IMG/VR virus record: IMGVR_UViG_3300048588_000062
Source of the DNA: a virus
DNA length: 54,057 bases
Reading direction: 5' to 3' (one strand)
This document shows positions 28,077-37,658 of this stretch, piece by piece. Under the pieces are notes generated by a model, which was given only the letters and a program-made list of their open reading frames with translations, searched no databases and was not told the DNA's origin. Positions within the stretch are counted from its first letter, which is position 1. Each line of letters starts with the position of its first letter. A program made the translations under genes and the position numbers.

Positions 28077-28219
28077 TGGACACACCCAACCCGGGCAGCG
28101 CCGATGCGGTGACCCAGGGATGCCAGTGCCCACGGATGGACAACCATCACGGCCGCGGCCGGGGCGACGGCACGTTCGTGATGGTGCTCGACTGCCCGTT
28201 GCACGGGATCGGCACATGA
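28073..28219 (+). CDS. Cys-rich micro-protein (48 aa, below the track cutoff)
   Basis: ATGA overlaps at both ends. Sequence MMDTPNPGSADAVTQGCQCPRMDNHHGRGRGDGTFVMVLDCPLHGIGT. High GC3. The CxC ... CPxH spacing suggests metal binding. Confidence 0.5.
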   Translation: MMDTPNPGSADAVTQGCQCPRMDNHHGRGRGDGTFVMVLDCPLHGIGT

Positions 28220-28503
28220 GCGCCGAGCTGGTGCAGGTGCGCCACTGGCGCAACACCATCCCCGAGCAGCACCGGGCCAGCCTGGACACCCGGCTGCTGT
28301 GGCTGTGGCATCAACGGTTCGGCACCGTGCAGATGGTGTACCAGAAGTCACCGGACATCCTGGACAAGACCGCGGCCACGCTGATCCTGCAAGCGGTACT
28401 GGCCCGCGACCTCAACTCGATCAAGCAGTTGTTCCAACGGTTGGAGGGCGGCGCGATGTACGACGAGGAGGTCATCGCCCAGGCGCAGGCGGTACGAATC
28501 TGA
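28216..28503 (+). CDS. Hypothetical protein (95 aa)
   Basis: ATGA-coupled start at 28216; the track's 28060 start overlaps two genes. High GC3. Confidence 0.55.
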   Translation: MSAELVQVRHWRNTIPEQHRASLDTRLLWLWHQRFGTVQMVYQKSPDILDKTAATLILQAVLARDLNSIKQLFQRLEGGAMYDEEVIAQAQAVRI

Positions 28504-28816
28504 CGCCGCGTTCCTTCCACCACTTCTCCCGCCAGGCGTCCGCCTCCGGCCGGCCACACACATCACACCGGCAGCGGGGGTGACGGCCTGCGTGGTCGTA
28601 GGCGTCGGTGTCCGGTCGTGTCTCCGGCAGCACCCTGTCGATGTCGGCCAGGACTTGCAGCGGCAGGAACCACTCCTTGTTGTACATCACGGCACCGGGG
28701 ACGTCCGGCTTGCGCACCTTGTACTTGCGCTCCTCGGGGGGAATCGGGCGGTAACGGGTGTGGTTCGAGTACACCCGAGTGCCGTCCTTGAGGACGGTGA
28801 CCGGGTGGTGCGTCAC
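28472..28816 (-). CDS. Hypothetical protein (114 aa), last gene of the leftward block
   Basis: GTGA overlap start at 28816. Good GC3 except in the last ~30 nt, which overlap the convergent gene 28216..28503. Confidence 0.5.
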   Translation of the reverse strand: MTHHPVTVLKDGTRVYSNHTRYRPIPPEERKYKVRKPDVPGAVMYNKEWFLPLQVLADIDRVLPETRPDTDAYDHAGRHPRCRCDVCGRPEADAWREKWWKERGVRFVPPAPGR

Positions 28817-29373
28817 GGATTCAGCACACCCTCGGTGTACTCCGCCCACAACGTCAACGTCATGGGCCGGTGCCGGCGGATGTAGTAGCCGGGCCGGACA
28901 CGGTACGCCTTGTTCACCTTCTTGCCGCAGATGTAGGTCATGTACGGCTTGCCGAAGTAGAACTTCAGGATCTGGTTGATCTTGCGCAGGTCACTGCGCC
29001 ACGTCTGCTGGCCGGGCCACCGCTTGTCGATCTTGTGCTGCATGATGTCTGCGACACGGATACCGGTGGCCCACTCGTAGATCATGACGGCGGAGACACG
29101 GTGGCCGTGTTCGGGGGAGAGCTTGCGCAGGAACTTGCGCACCTCCCGCTCCCAGCTCACGAGGTGCGGGTTCTCCTTGACCAAGAACTTGTCCTTCGTC
29201 AAGGGCATCCTCGCCCTCATCTCATCAGGCAGGACCAACTGGTCGAGGCGGTCGGACGCCGCGGCGTCGGCTGCCGTTGACGGGAGCCGACGTCGATCTG
29301 CTTCGTCCTTATTGAACCTCCGTTTGAGACTTTCCTCCACCTCATCCAGATAGGTCGTGTCATCGCTGAACAT
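28813..29373 (-). CDS. Hypothetical basic protein (186 aa)
   Basis: Start ATG 29373 (MFSDDTTYLDEVEE...) has no obvious SD. GC3 checked by hand and is high. Confidence 0.5.
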   Translation of the reverse strand: MFSDDTTYLDEVEESLKRRFNKDEADRRRLPSTAADAAASDRLDQLVLPDEMRARMPLTKDKFLVKENPHLVSWEREVRKFLRKLSPEHGHRVSAVMIYEWATGIRVADIMQHKIDKRWPGQQTWRSDLRKINQILKFYFGKPYMTYICGKKVNKAYRVRPGYYIRRHRPMTLTLWAEYTEGVLNP

Positions 29374-29461
29374 GACGAAACTGTAGCACCCAAAAAAGAG
29401 AGGGATCGTGCGCACAGTTTCGTCACAGGCTCAGTAAAGAAGAGTCGAGCCTCGCACCCAC

Positions 29462-29482
29462 CACACCTGTTCAACAGGTGTG
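29462..29482. promoter_or_regulatory. 21-bp palindrome nested in an 8-bp outer inverted repeat
   Basis: CACACCTGTT-c-AACAGGTGTG, flanked by TCGAGCCT ... AGGCTCGA. It lies in the 137-nt gap between 29511..29825 and 28813..29373. Confidence 0.4.
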
Positions 29483-29510
29483 ACGGGTACAAGGCTCGAA
29501 TCCTCTGCGG

Positions 29511-29825
29511 CTACTTGCTGCACATGCAGCCCGTGGCCGCGGTCGTGTCCGGTTCGGGCGGCCGGACCTCGCCGGCCAGCGCCGAATACCCGGCCATGTC
29601 CACGAAGTTGTCCAGCTTGTACGGGCTCTCCGCGCAACGTGACACCTTCAGCAGGACCATCATGATCGGCACGTCATGGATGTCGAACTCGACACCCTTG
29701 TACGCCGACCACATGGCGGCCGTCCGAGCGAAGTCGTCGGACGGATCACCGTAGTCCTTGTTGCGGTCACCCGTGGTGAGCCGCACCGCTTCCACCAGGA
29801 TCTCCTGGCGCACCGGGCCGGTCAT
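29511..29825 (-). CDS. Conserved phage protein (104 aa; TGDRNKDYGDP family)
   Basis: ATGA overlap start at 29825. The motif TGDRNKDYGDP...F...AAMW...DV.IMMVLLKVSR recurs in phage replication or nucleotide-metabolism neighbourhoods, as I recall. Confidence 0.5.
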   Translation of the reverse strand: MTGPVRQEILVEAVRLTTGDRNKDYGDPSDDFARTAAMWSAYKGVEFDIHDVPIMMVLLKVSRCAESPYKLDNFVDMAGYSALAGEVRPPEPDTTAATGCMCSK

Positions 29826-30679
29826 GCCGTCGCCCCGTACTTCGTGATGTTGGTGACGAGCTTGTCGATCTCCTCGGGGTCCAGGCCCACCTCGTCGGCA
29901 CGGGTGCGCAGCAGCGTCTCCCATCCGATGATCTGGGCCGCGTACATCTGCGACCCGATGGCGAACAGAGTGTTGTTGCGCCGGCCATCCGGGATCGGCT
30001 TGTTGAGATCGGTGATGAGATTGTCGTGCATGAGTGCTACCTCCATGTCGTCTGCTGTCTGCAGATAGGCGATGATCCCCTCCACGGTTGTGGAGGGTGC
30101 GGCTGCTGCGGCGTGGAGCCGCTGCTTCAGGTGGTCGGGGAGTTCAGCGATCAGCTCCCCGTTCCACCTCTGTTGCGGGTAGTGGTACACACACCCGACT
30201 GCGCGAAAGTCCACGCCGGTCTCCAAGCCGATGCGGTCGGAGTACCCGGCGTACCCGGTGGCGTCGTCCCATTGATCGTCGCTGGTCGCGTAGAACAGGT
30301 GGAGTCCGTCACCACTCTTGCTGGTCTCTGCCAGTGTGCGTGGCAGCAGACCGAGCCTGCCGGCGTGCAACATGCCGCCGTTCTTCCCGTCGATGTCGAT
30401 GCACACCAGGCGCAACGACCTCATGACGAACGCGAAGTTCCAGCGTCCCGCCTCGAAACCGGCCAGCACAGGTGCTGCCCGGAACCCACCGGAACGGTAC
30501 TTCGGGATGAAGCCCGGTGACTTGTCGGTCGGCTTCAACCCCCAGCCTCGATCGGTCTTGCCGTTGTCCCAGGCTCGGACCAGGGCAGGCCCGGCCGGTC
30601 CCGAGAAACGATCGAACTCATTCGGCATCGGCGAGGAGTTCTGGTACTGCTCCATCGTTTTCCACCATTGCTGTGCCAT
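29822..30679 (-). CDS. AEP-type primase-polymerase (Prim-Pol)
   Basis: VCIDIDGKNGG (the DxD metal site) and SKSGDGLHLFY (sGxGxH) are hallmark AEP motifs. The start is uncertain (30679, 30655 or 30628). Confidence 0.75.
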   Translation of the reverse strand: MAQQWWKTMEQYQNSSPMPNEFDRFSGPAGPALVRAWDNGKTDRGWGLKPTDKSPGFIPKYRSGGFRAAPVLAGFEAGRWNFAFVMRSLRLVCIDIDGKNGGMLHAGRLGLLPRTLAETSKSGDGLHLFYATSDDQWDDATGYAGYSDRIGLETGVDFRAVGCVYHYPQQRWNGELIAELPDHLKQRLHAAAAAPSTTVEGIIAYLQTADDMEVALMHDNLITDLNKPIPDGRRNNTLFAIGSQMYAAQIIGWETLLRTRADEVGLDPEEIDKLVTNITKYGATA

Positions 30680-32039
30680 GTGCTACGTCATCTCCTTTCA
30701 GGGACTCGAGGAACGCAATCGCATCCGGCTTGAACCCCGTCAGGACTTTGACCTTGCGGGGCTTGTTGTTCACCCGTTTCGACTTGCGATCCACCAGGAC
30801 CACAGGCCGGAACAGCTCGAAGATGTCTGGCTCCGACCACGGATTCAGGTCACCTTCGTTGATCCGCCACGACTGGAACCGTGTAGCCACCTCGGAGAAG
30901 TTCAGACCGATCAGGCCGTCGGCTCCGAGAGGATCCTTGTCCTCGATGTGTGTGAGGAACTGGATGGCCAACGAGTTGGCGTGCATGTGTTCCAGCTGCA
31001 GTGACACCGATGTCGAGGTGGGCGCCAGCATCACCGCCTTGTGCTCCTTGCGCACGAAGTTGTCGATCATCAGAGCGAGCAGGGCGCCCACCATCCGATC
31101 GGACAACATGTGGTCCATGAACATGAGGTTGTCCTTGTAGACATTCGGGAACCAGAACCGGATGATCCTGGCCTGCAATGCCGTGGACTTGTCACTGGAC
31201 TTCGGCTCCTTGTTCAGACCTTCGATGAACAGGGCGTTGGTCTTGACCATCGTGGTCTGCGAGGAGTACAGCTTCCGGATGGACACCGGCTCCCCTGCGA
31301 TCAACGACTTCTCGTTGCCGGAGTCACGCAGGTACTCGGCCATCCCGTCGTAGATGATGTTGACGAGTTTGCCCTGCACCTCGGTCACCACAGGAGAGGC
31401 CTTGCTGATCTCCTGTCGTGTCACATGGGAACAGTTCTCCCATCCGAACAGACGCTGCACCATGCTCATCAGCACGGACTTGCCATTGCGTCCGTCACCC
31501 AGCAGCAGCACGTATTTCACTGCCGACCAGTCCGGTGCCAGGGCTGTGGCTAGGTGACGCAGCAACGCCACGGCCTCCTCCTCGGAACCCAGCCACTCGG
31601 TCAGTACCGACATCACCTCGGCCTTGTCGGCCTCGACGGAGTTGAGCATCACCGGCAGGCAGTTCGGAACGAACTCCCCGTTCGGCTCATGGAGCTGGCC
31701 GTTGCCGCGCAACTCCTTCAATCCGTCAGGTGTACGCACCAGCAAACCGGTTACATCCCCGGTGAACTGGCGTGCTGACTGGCACACCATGTAGTGGAAG
31801 TTCAGCTCTTCCATCGAGGATTGGAACAACGTGTCGAACTGTTGCAGAGCTCGACGTTGCACACCCTGTGGCGACAGTGGCAGCCAGATGGTGCGCAACG
31901 GATCGACGTTCACTTCCTCATAGCCGGTCTTGTAGTCGACAGGCAGGTACAGCACGTTGTCGTGCATCACGAGAGAGAAGGACTCAGCCAGCAGAACAGC
32001 TTCTTCGCTCATCTCCCTCTTGGTCTTGATTGTTGGCAT
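30618..32039 (-). CDS. D5/P4-family SF3 helicase (primase-associated)
   Basis: Walker A LLLGDGRNGKS with the typical downstream context. 473 aa. Adjacent to the Prim-Pol gene. Confidence 0.75.
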   Translation of the reverse strand: MPTIKTKREMSEEAVLLAESFSLVMHDNVLYLPVDYKTGYEEVNVDPLRTIWLPLSPQGVQRRALQQFDTLFQSSMEELNFHYMVCQSARQFTGDVTGLLVRTPDGLKELRGNGQLHEPNGEFVPNCLPVMLNSVEADKAEVMSVLTEWLGSEEEAVALLRHLATALAPDWSAVKYVLLLGDGRNGKSVLMSMVQRLFGWENCSHVTRQEISKASPVVTEVQGKLVNIIYDGMAEYLRDSGNEKSLIAGEPVSIRKLYSSQTTMVKTNALFIEGLNKEPKSSDKSTALQARIIRFWFPNVYKDNLMFMDHMLSDRMVGALLALMIDNFVRKEHKAVMLAPTSTSVSLQLEHMHANSLAIQFLTHIEDKDPLGADGLIGLNFSEVATRFQSWRINEGDLNPWSEPDIFELFRPVVLVDRKSKRVNNKPRKVKVLTGFKPDAIAFLESLKGDDVAHGTAMVENDGAVPELLADAE

Positions 32040-32059
32040 AGCTACCTCGTTCTTGACAG

Positions 32060-32096
32060 GCGGAGCCTGCCGCCACTAGGTGACGACAGGCTCCGC
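32060..32096 (-). terminator. Stem-loop (10-bp stem)
   Basis: GCGGAGCCTG (32060-32069) pairs with CAGGCTCCGC (32087-32096). It lies between the 36-aa ORF and the SF3 helicase start. Confidence 0.35.
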
Positions 32097-32102
32097 GATG
32101 GG

Positions 32103-32213
32103 TTATTGCAGCAGGGTGATCCGTCGTCGCACCTCGTTGAACTCACGAGGTGAGAGGTTCGGATCGAGCAACTTCTCGTACAGCTTGTTGAGCACATCTT
32201 CCTTAGATGTCAT
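32103..32213 (-). CDS. Micro-protein (36 aa, below the track cutoff)
   Basis: Very strong SD (AAGGAGGAAG) 3-4 nt upstream of ATG 32213. Sequence MTSKEDVLNKLYEKLLDPNLSPREFNEVRRRITLLQ. Stop is TAA. Confidence 0.55.
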   Translation of the reverse strand: MTSKEDVLNKLYEKLLDPNLSPREFNEVRRRITLLQ

Positions 32214-32263
32214 GAACTTCCTCCTTCTCGCCGGCGTGGTACCGGTCCCCAACCCCATGTCGA

Positions 32264-33457
32264 TCAGGAGGTGGGTGTCATGCGGAAGATGTGCTTCACC
32301 CGTGCGGCTGTTGCATTGCCACGCGGGAGGATTCGACCGATGAGTTGCCGGCGCAGCGCGTCGTCATCGGTGTCATCCAAGATCACCAGGGTGTCGCAGA
32401 CCTTGTCCATACCGTCGGTACCGGTGGCCAAGGTTGCGGTTCCGATCAGGACATGGTGTTGCCCAGCCCGGAACTCGTTGAGGATTCTGTCCTTCTCCTC
32501 TGGTGAGGTACTACCCGTGACCAGTGCGGCAGGCACACCGTCACGAACCAGCGCACGCTGTGCTGCCAGCGCGACTGTCGCATGGTTGGCGTACACCATG
32601 ACAGGAGCAGCACTGGGCTGGATCACAGCCAGCAGCTCCGCCATGACATGCGCGCGCAGATGGTCGTCCTCGTCGACCAGTCCCTGATAGCGCAGGGTGT
32701 GCCGCATCTCCATGATGCTGGCCACCACCTTGTGCCGGCGGCGGTTGTAGCACCACTGCCGCAACTCGTCCGGCACCTGCTCCTTGTACGGGATCTCGAT
32801 GATCGAGAACACCGCATCGTCAGGCAGGTAGTACACCTTGGGCAGTGAGGCCAGGAACTCCGCGGCGTTCGAGAACTTCTGGAACCCGGTGACGATCGGC
32901 TCCACCCCGAACGGATTCTGCTCGGTGGTGCAGTGGGTGTACACGAATTGCAGGTATCCACCCCGAGTGCCCATCGGATCCAGAATGTGCGACACGCAGT
33001 AACAGCGTTCCGCATCGTTGTAGTTCGGCGTGGCCGACGCCAGGATCAGCGGGGCCTGCAGATGCTGGGCCAACTTGTCCAGCTTGCGCCAGCCCTTGCC
33101 CCGCTGCCCACCGAACAGGTGGAACTCGTCGGCCACGATCGGCACAGTCCGCGACAACTTCGTCGTCTTCTGCCGGAACAACGCATGGGACAGCGGTGCG
33201 ACCCGGATGCCCAACGTCTCACCCAGTTCCAGCCAGTGCTGGTGAGTGGACGGAGGTGCGATCACTACGCACCGGTCGTAACCCAGTGCGGCGATCGCGG
33301 CCAGTGCGGTCAGGCTCTTACCCGCACCCGTCTTGTAGAACAGACAGGCACGCAACTGCTCCGGGTTGCCGGTGTCAAGGATGCTGTCCAGAAAGTTCTG
33401 CTGGTACGGGAACAGCGTCACACCTGCACGCCGTTCCACCTCGGCGATCGTGGTCAT
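32264..33457 (-). CDS. SF2 (DExH/SNF2-like) helicase
   Basis: Motif I FYKTGAGKS, motif II IVADEFH, motif III SATP and motif VI QLIGRILPRG. Confidence 0.8.
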   Translation of the reverse strand: MTTIAEVERRAGVTLFPYQQNFLDSILDTGNPEQLRACLFYKTGAGKSLTALAAIAALGYDRCVVIAPPSTHQHWLELGETLGIRVAPLSHALFRQKTTKLSRTVPIVADEFHLFGGQRGKGWRKLDKLAQHLQAPLILASATPNYNDAERCYCVSHILDPMGTRGGYLQFVYTHCTTEQNPFGVEPIVTGFQKFSNAAEFLASLPKVYYLPDDAVFSIIEIPYKEQVPDELRQWCYNRRRHKVVASIMEMRHTLRYQGLVDEDDHLRAHVMAELLAVIQPSAAPVMVYANHATVALAAQRALVRDGVPAALVTGSTSPEEKDRILNEFRAGQHHVLIGTATLATGTDGMDKVCDTLVILDDTDDDALRRQLIGRILPRGNATAARVKHIFRMTPTS

Positions 33458-33945
33458 GCGACCACCCAGCCCACACCGTCGAGCAGATCACGGATGAACT
33501 CGGCCAGCACCGTGTTGCCGGTGTCGTCCCGCATCATCCCGTAGATCCCGATGCGGGCAGCCGACCGGAGATCCTGGTGATGCGTGGCAGTGGGGAACTG
33601 GAACACCCCCAGCTCACGCATCAGGTCGACGGGCACCATCTGCTTGACCCCGGTGTTGCGGATCAGCATGGCGTTGGGCAGCGTCTTGATGAACGCCGCC
33701 TCACCCTTGACCATCCTCTCGTCGGAGTTCAGACGCAGACGAGGGACGTACTTCTCGATGAACACCTTGGGTCGGTGGCCCGGGTAGGTGGACTGCAACC
33801 AGGCCAGAACGTCGTCAGGGTCCATGCCGTCGGTGACATGGTGATCGACAGTCACGGTTCGTGACAGAGGATCGAACACCATCCCCACCGTGCCGGTGTG
33901 TACCAGACCTGGGTCCACTCCGACGATGTGTGAGAGAGTTAGCAC
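33454..33945 (-). CDS. RuvC-like Holliday junction resolvase
   Basis: GTG start with AAGGAGG upstream. Catalytic contexts are IVGVDPG, FIEKY and HHQDLRSAARIG. Confidence 0.7.
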   Translation of the reverse strand: MLTLSHIVGVDPGLVHTGTVGMVFDPLSRTVTVDHHVTDGMDPDDVLAWLQSTYPGHRPKVFIEKYVPRLRLNSDERMVKGEAAFIKTLPNAMLIRNTGVKQMVPVDLMRELGVFQFPTATHHQDLRSAARIGIYGMMRDDTGNTVLAEFIRDLLDGVGWVVA

Positions 33946-33967
33946 AGCTACCTCCTTTCGGTTGGGC

Positions 33968-34000
33968 GGGAGCGCCAGGCCTGTGCAACCTGGCGCTCCC
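33968..34000 (-). terminator. Stem-loop after the DNA polymerase gene (12-bp perfect stem)
   Basis: GGGAGCGCCAGG, a 9-nt loop, then CCTGGCGCTCCC. No U-tract. Confidence 0.4.
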
Positions 34001-34009
34001 GTTACAGCA

Positions 34010-36115
34010 TCACTTCGTGTAGCGGTAATCGCTCTTGATCTCCGCCGACAACGGAAACCCTTGCAGCACCGATGACGACATGAACCTGTCCATCATCTGC
34101 ATTGTTGTGTTCAACGGCACCGCGTGCGGGTCCGTGTCCGGTGACCAGTCCACCACGATCTCGTCGTGGAACTGGCCGACAACCTTGACGTTGGTCGTGC
34201 TTCGTGCCCAGTCCTGCACTCGGTACAGGCTGGCGAAGAACAACTCCCGGCACAACGACTGGGTCAGGATGCCGGACAGCTTGCCACCGTAGATCGTGTA
34301 GGCACGGCGCTGCTTGGTCTTCGGGTCGATGAACGAGTTGGCCCACAGGTCACCAGTCTTCAGCTCGCTCGGCTTGTAGTAACCGATGTTGCGGCCCTTG
34401 ATCTGCGCACCGTGGATCACACGGGTCAGCAGGTTCTGGCCGTCGAGCGTCAGCATCTCGAGTTGCAGGGATACGAGGTCGGGATCTCCGACCTGTTCCC
34501 GCAACGACTCAGGTGCGGTGAACGGGGTGAACACCACGACACAGTTGTCCTTGATCACCTCGGCCCCGAACCTCGGCGCACTCAGTGCATCGTGCAGCGC
34601 CTGGTCCAGCTGCTTCCAGTAGGTGACGACACCTTCGTTGGCGGCACGCCAGTCGATGACCAGCTTCGCCGCCTCCTGCACTGTCATCTCAACACCCATC
34701 TTCGCGGCGAACGAATGCACCGCATCGGCGCCGGCCCCGTACCCACAGGCCAACTCACCCACCTTGCCAATCTGGCGCTGAGGTTTGGTGACCTGTTCGT
34801 ACGGCACGCCGAAGATCTTGGATGCCTGCACCTTGTACAGGTCGTGGCCCTGGTGGTAGGCGTCGAGCTTCCACTGCTCTGCGGCCTGCCACGCCAGACC
34901 CCTGGACTCCACACTGCTGAAGTCCCCGACGACCAGCAGACCCTCAGGGTCCGTGGCCGTGAACACCTGCCGCAGGTTGGAGGCCAACTGGCCGTTGTCC
35001 CACTGCAGGTCAGGGTCTTCGAGCAGCAGCTCGACTTCATCCCCTTCACCGTTGAGCCGCTTCAGGTTCTGCATCTGCACACCACGCCCCGAGGTACGGA
35101 ACGTGGCACCAGCACCACAGTGCAGGTACTGGTCACGCAGCCGACCAGTGTGGTCGACCGTGTTCAGGATGGTGTCCAACTTCTTCAGGCTGGACCCACC
35201 CATGATCTGCTTCGTGTGCAACAGGTGCAGCACCTGCTCGTAGCCTTCACGCTTGACGCCCTCCAACGTGGTGCCGTTGGTCAGCTTGCGTTCGATCAAG
35301 GTGATCATCCGCTTCACCGCATCCTCGTCGAACGAGGATGCGTTGACCCCTCGCTGCTTGCACCACTGCTGCAGTTGAGGGAAGGACGCCAGGTTCAGGT
35401 CGTGCGAACCGGTGTCCGTGCGGAACTGTTCGATCGCCTTGTCCACGTTGTGCAGGTAGCGGCGTTGCATCTCCCGCACCAGCGGGGTGTCGACGTGCCA
35501 CCCGGTGCTGTTCATGTTCATGGTGACATGGGTGTACGCCAGTTCCCGTGACGTCGTGCGCGGCAGCAGCAACTCGGCCAGCCGGTAACTGAGTTCGGCG
35601 TCCACGTCGCAGTAGTAGATGAACTCCTGCCACTTGTCCGGGAACTCCTCGATGATCTCCGGCTGGAACTGCCCGGTGATCTTCTCCTGCTGGTACTTGC
35701 CAGGGATGGAGAACACCTTGATGAGGTGAACCCCTGACTCCACCTTGTTGATACCGAGCAGTTGAGGTGCTGCGGCTTCGAGCTTGCCGGCCGCGCCCGC
35801 GGCACGGGCCAGCACAGCGGTGTCGATGAACCGCTCCGCAGGGAAGTCGAGGCCCAGCTGTGCGAGCACAGCCTGCTCGAACCCTGCGTTGTGCGCCGCG
35901 ATCATCCACCCGGACAGGGCAGCGGCGAGCTTGTCCTGTGCATCCGGGTCGTTGATGAAATCGAAGCGGCGCTTCTGACCCGGCAGAGGTCCATGCACTG
36001 ATGCGATCAGTACCTGGAAGTCCGGGCAGTTCACGTACCTGCTCAACCCGTGGGTCCGCAGATCCGTCGAAGCATAGGTCTCAAAGTCCAGGCCTATGAA
36101 CTGGTTGTCGTGCAT
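34010..36115 (-). CDS. polA: Family A DNA polymerase with a 3'-5' exonuclease domain
   Basis: Exo I IGLDFETY, motif A DFSSVESRGLAW, motif B RQIGKVGELACGYGAG and motif C QFHDEIVV. Confidence 0.93.
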   Translation of the reverse strand: MHDNQFIGLDFETYASTDLRTHGLSRYVNCPDFQVLIASVHGPLPGQKRRFDFINDPDAQDKLAAALSGWMIAAHNAGFEQAVLAQLGLDFPAERFIDTAVLARAAGAAGKLEAAAPQLLGINKVESGVHLIKVFSIPGKYQQEKITGQFQPEIIEEFPDKWQEFIYYCDVDAELSYRLAELLLPRTTSRELAYTHVTMNMNSTGWHVDTPLVREMQRRYLHNVDKAIEQFRTDTGSHDLNLASFPQLQQWCKQRGVNASSFDEDAVKRMITLIERKLTNGTTLEGVKREGYEQVLHLLHTKQIMGGSSLKKLDTILNTVDHTGRLRDQYLHCGAGATFRTSGRGVQMQNLKRLNGEGDEVELLLEDPDLQWDNGQLASNLRQVFTATDPEGLLVVGDFSSVESRGLAWQAAEQWKLDAYHQGHDLYKVQASKIFGVPYEQVTKPQRQIGKVGELACGYGAGADAVHSFAAKMGVEMTVQEAAKLVIDWRAANEGVVTYWKQLDQALHDALSAPRFGAEVIKDNCVVVFTPFTAPESLREQVGDPDLVSLQLEMLTLDGQNLLTRVIHGAQIKGRNIGYYKPSELKTGDLWANSFIDPKTKQRRAYTIYGGKLSGILTQSLCRELFFASLYRVQDWARSTTNVKVVGQFHDEIVVDWSPDTDPHAVPLNTTMQMMDRFMSSSVLQGFPLSAEIKSDYRYTK

Positions 36116-36119
36116 GGTG

Positions 36120-36836
36120 CTAGTCCTCCTTCAGGATTTCCGCCTCGTCGAGGACAGGCGGATACAGAATCTGCATCATCGTCGGACACATGGGAGTTCC
36201 CTTGAGTCCTCGGCTGTGCGGATTGGCGGGACAGAACATGCACGAGTCACCAGGTGTGAACGTCGTGCTGCCCTGTTGGATCGCTGTCTCGGTGGCTTGT
36301 GCTTCACCCATGAACCGAGCCAGTGTTGCGGTGTCAGCGAACCAGGTGGCGGTGTTGTCCGCCCACGGTTGCACGATGTGCAGCCACGCCCCCTTCGCTT
36401 TGGGTGCGAAGTGGCCGTAGCTCACTGCGTAGTACATCAACTGCAGGTTGTTGACCACATCCACCGGGATGGTTCCCGTCTTCAGGTCGAAGATGTGGAG
36501 TTCGTCAGACAGGTACAGCACGAGGTCGGCTGTCGTGTGCGGCTTGGTGGCCAGCCATTCCACTGTCACCTCGTGTTCGATCAGCGTGGAGAATCGCCTC
36601 CGGCTGCGGATGTCCGCAACGTAGGAGAGGGCTTCCGAAAATTTCGCCGCTGATTTCGCGGGCAGCTCCATCACCTGTGCGAACAGGTCGTGCAGATGGG
36701 TGCCCCGGTTGGCAGCGTTGTCCTTGAGCGGGTCAACGACAGGTGGCTGCCAGCCTGGGATCGCCACGTCCAGTTGTGCGCTGGCGTGGCATTGCATGTG
36801 CCGTTCGGCCCGGCTTGCCGAGAACATCTCAGCCAT
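36120..36836 (-). CDS. Cas4-like PD-(D/E)xK exonuclease with 4-Cys cluster ligands (DUF2800-like)
   Basis: The N-terminal Cys (HMQCHAS) plus the C-terminal CMFC...C could ligate an Fe-S cluster. The nuclease core is ADLVL ... IFDLKTG. Confidence 0.7.
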   Translation of the reverse strand: MAEMFSASRAERHMQCHASAQLDVAIPGWQPPVVDPLKDNAANRGTHLHDLFAQVMELPAKSAAKFSEALSYVADIRSRRRFSTLIEHEVTVEWLATKPHTTADLVLYLSDELHIFDLKTGTIPVDVVNNLQLMYYAVSYGHFAPKAKGAWLHIVQPWADNTATWFADTATLARFMGEAQATETAIQQGSTTFTPGDSCMFCPANPHSRGLKGTPMCPTMMQILYPPVLDEAEILKED

Positions 36837-36916
36837 GTGCTTCTCCTTTCAGGGGAAGAGGCGGGCGCCCCGGAGAGGAAGCATCAGCTTCTTCTCCGAG
36901 GCACCCGCCATAGTGA

Positions 36917-37600
36917 TCAGTCGAGGAACATCTCGTCGGCGTCCATGTCGACGCCGCCGCCGAACCTCTCTGCATCAGCCTTGAACACAGCGGTGGTCAC
37001 GCCGGCCGAGAAGCCAGGCAGTTTGCCATTGTGATAGGCGTACAGATTGAGGGTCGCCACCACGATGCAGCCCGGGTACATCTCGAACTTCGTGTCGGAC
37101 AGCGGCAGGATGGTGCCCCGCTCCGGGATGATCAGATCCGGGTCCGGCACCAGCAGCTCGGACTCGTTGCGAACGATCGCCTTGAGTTCGATGTTGCCGC
37201 CCTTCGGTCCGATCGCCTTGATCGTGGCCACCGCTTCCGGTGCCAGTTCCGCGGACTTCTCGTGAACGGGCTTGGCCGGGCTGTTGTAGATCTGGTCGGC
37301 CAGATCACCACTGATCCCGTCGATCAACTGCTTGACCTCCTTGGGTTCGAGCGCATCGCGCTTCTCCCCCTTGGCGTGCTGCTCCTGGCAGTAGGGCAGG
37401 AAGTTATCCACGGCGTGGGTCAGGAACCGATCCCACTGACCCTGGGTGACCAGCATCAGGAAGTCGGGCGAGGCCGAGCCGATGTCCTTGGCCGGGTAGC
37501 TTCCCTTCTGGCTGCGCTCGTAGGCCTCGGCAGCGGTGAAGGTCGGGAACGACAGACGCCCGAAGACGGTGACGTTCTTGGGGTTGACTGGCTTACTCAC
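36917..37600 (-). CDS. ssDNA-binding protein, T7 gp2.5/DUF2815-like
   Basis: GTG 37600 with AAGGAGG upstream. It has an N-terminal VTVFGRLSFPTF and an acidic C-terminal tail ending DMDADEMFLD. It sits next to the Cas4-like nuclease and PolA, a known module. Confidence 0.6.
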   Translation of the reverse strand: MSKPVNPKNVTVFGRLSFPTFTAAEAYERSQKGSYPAKDIGSASPDFLMLVTQGQWDRFLTHAVDNFLPYCQEQHAKGEKRDALEPKEVKQLIDGISGDLADQIYNSPAKPVHEKSAELAPEAVATIKAIGPKGGNIELKAIVRNESELLVPDPDLIIPERGTILPLSDTKFEMYPGCIVVATLNLYAYHNGKLPGFSAGVTTAVFKADAERFGGGVDMDADEMFLD

Positions 37601-37658
37601 AGTTGTCCTCCTTGGACGGTTGATGGATGTGAGATGGTGCGTGTTACAGGTGGTGCGC

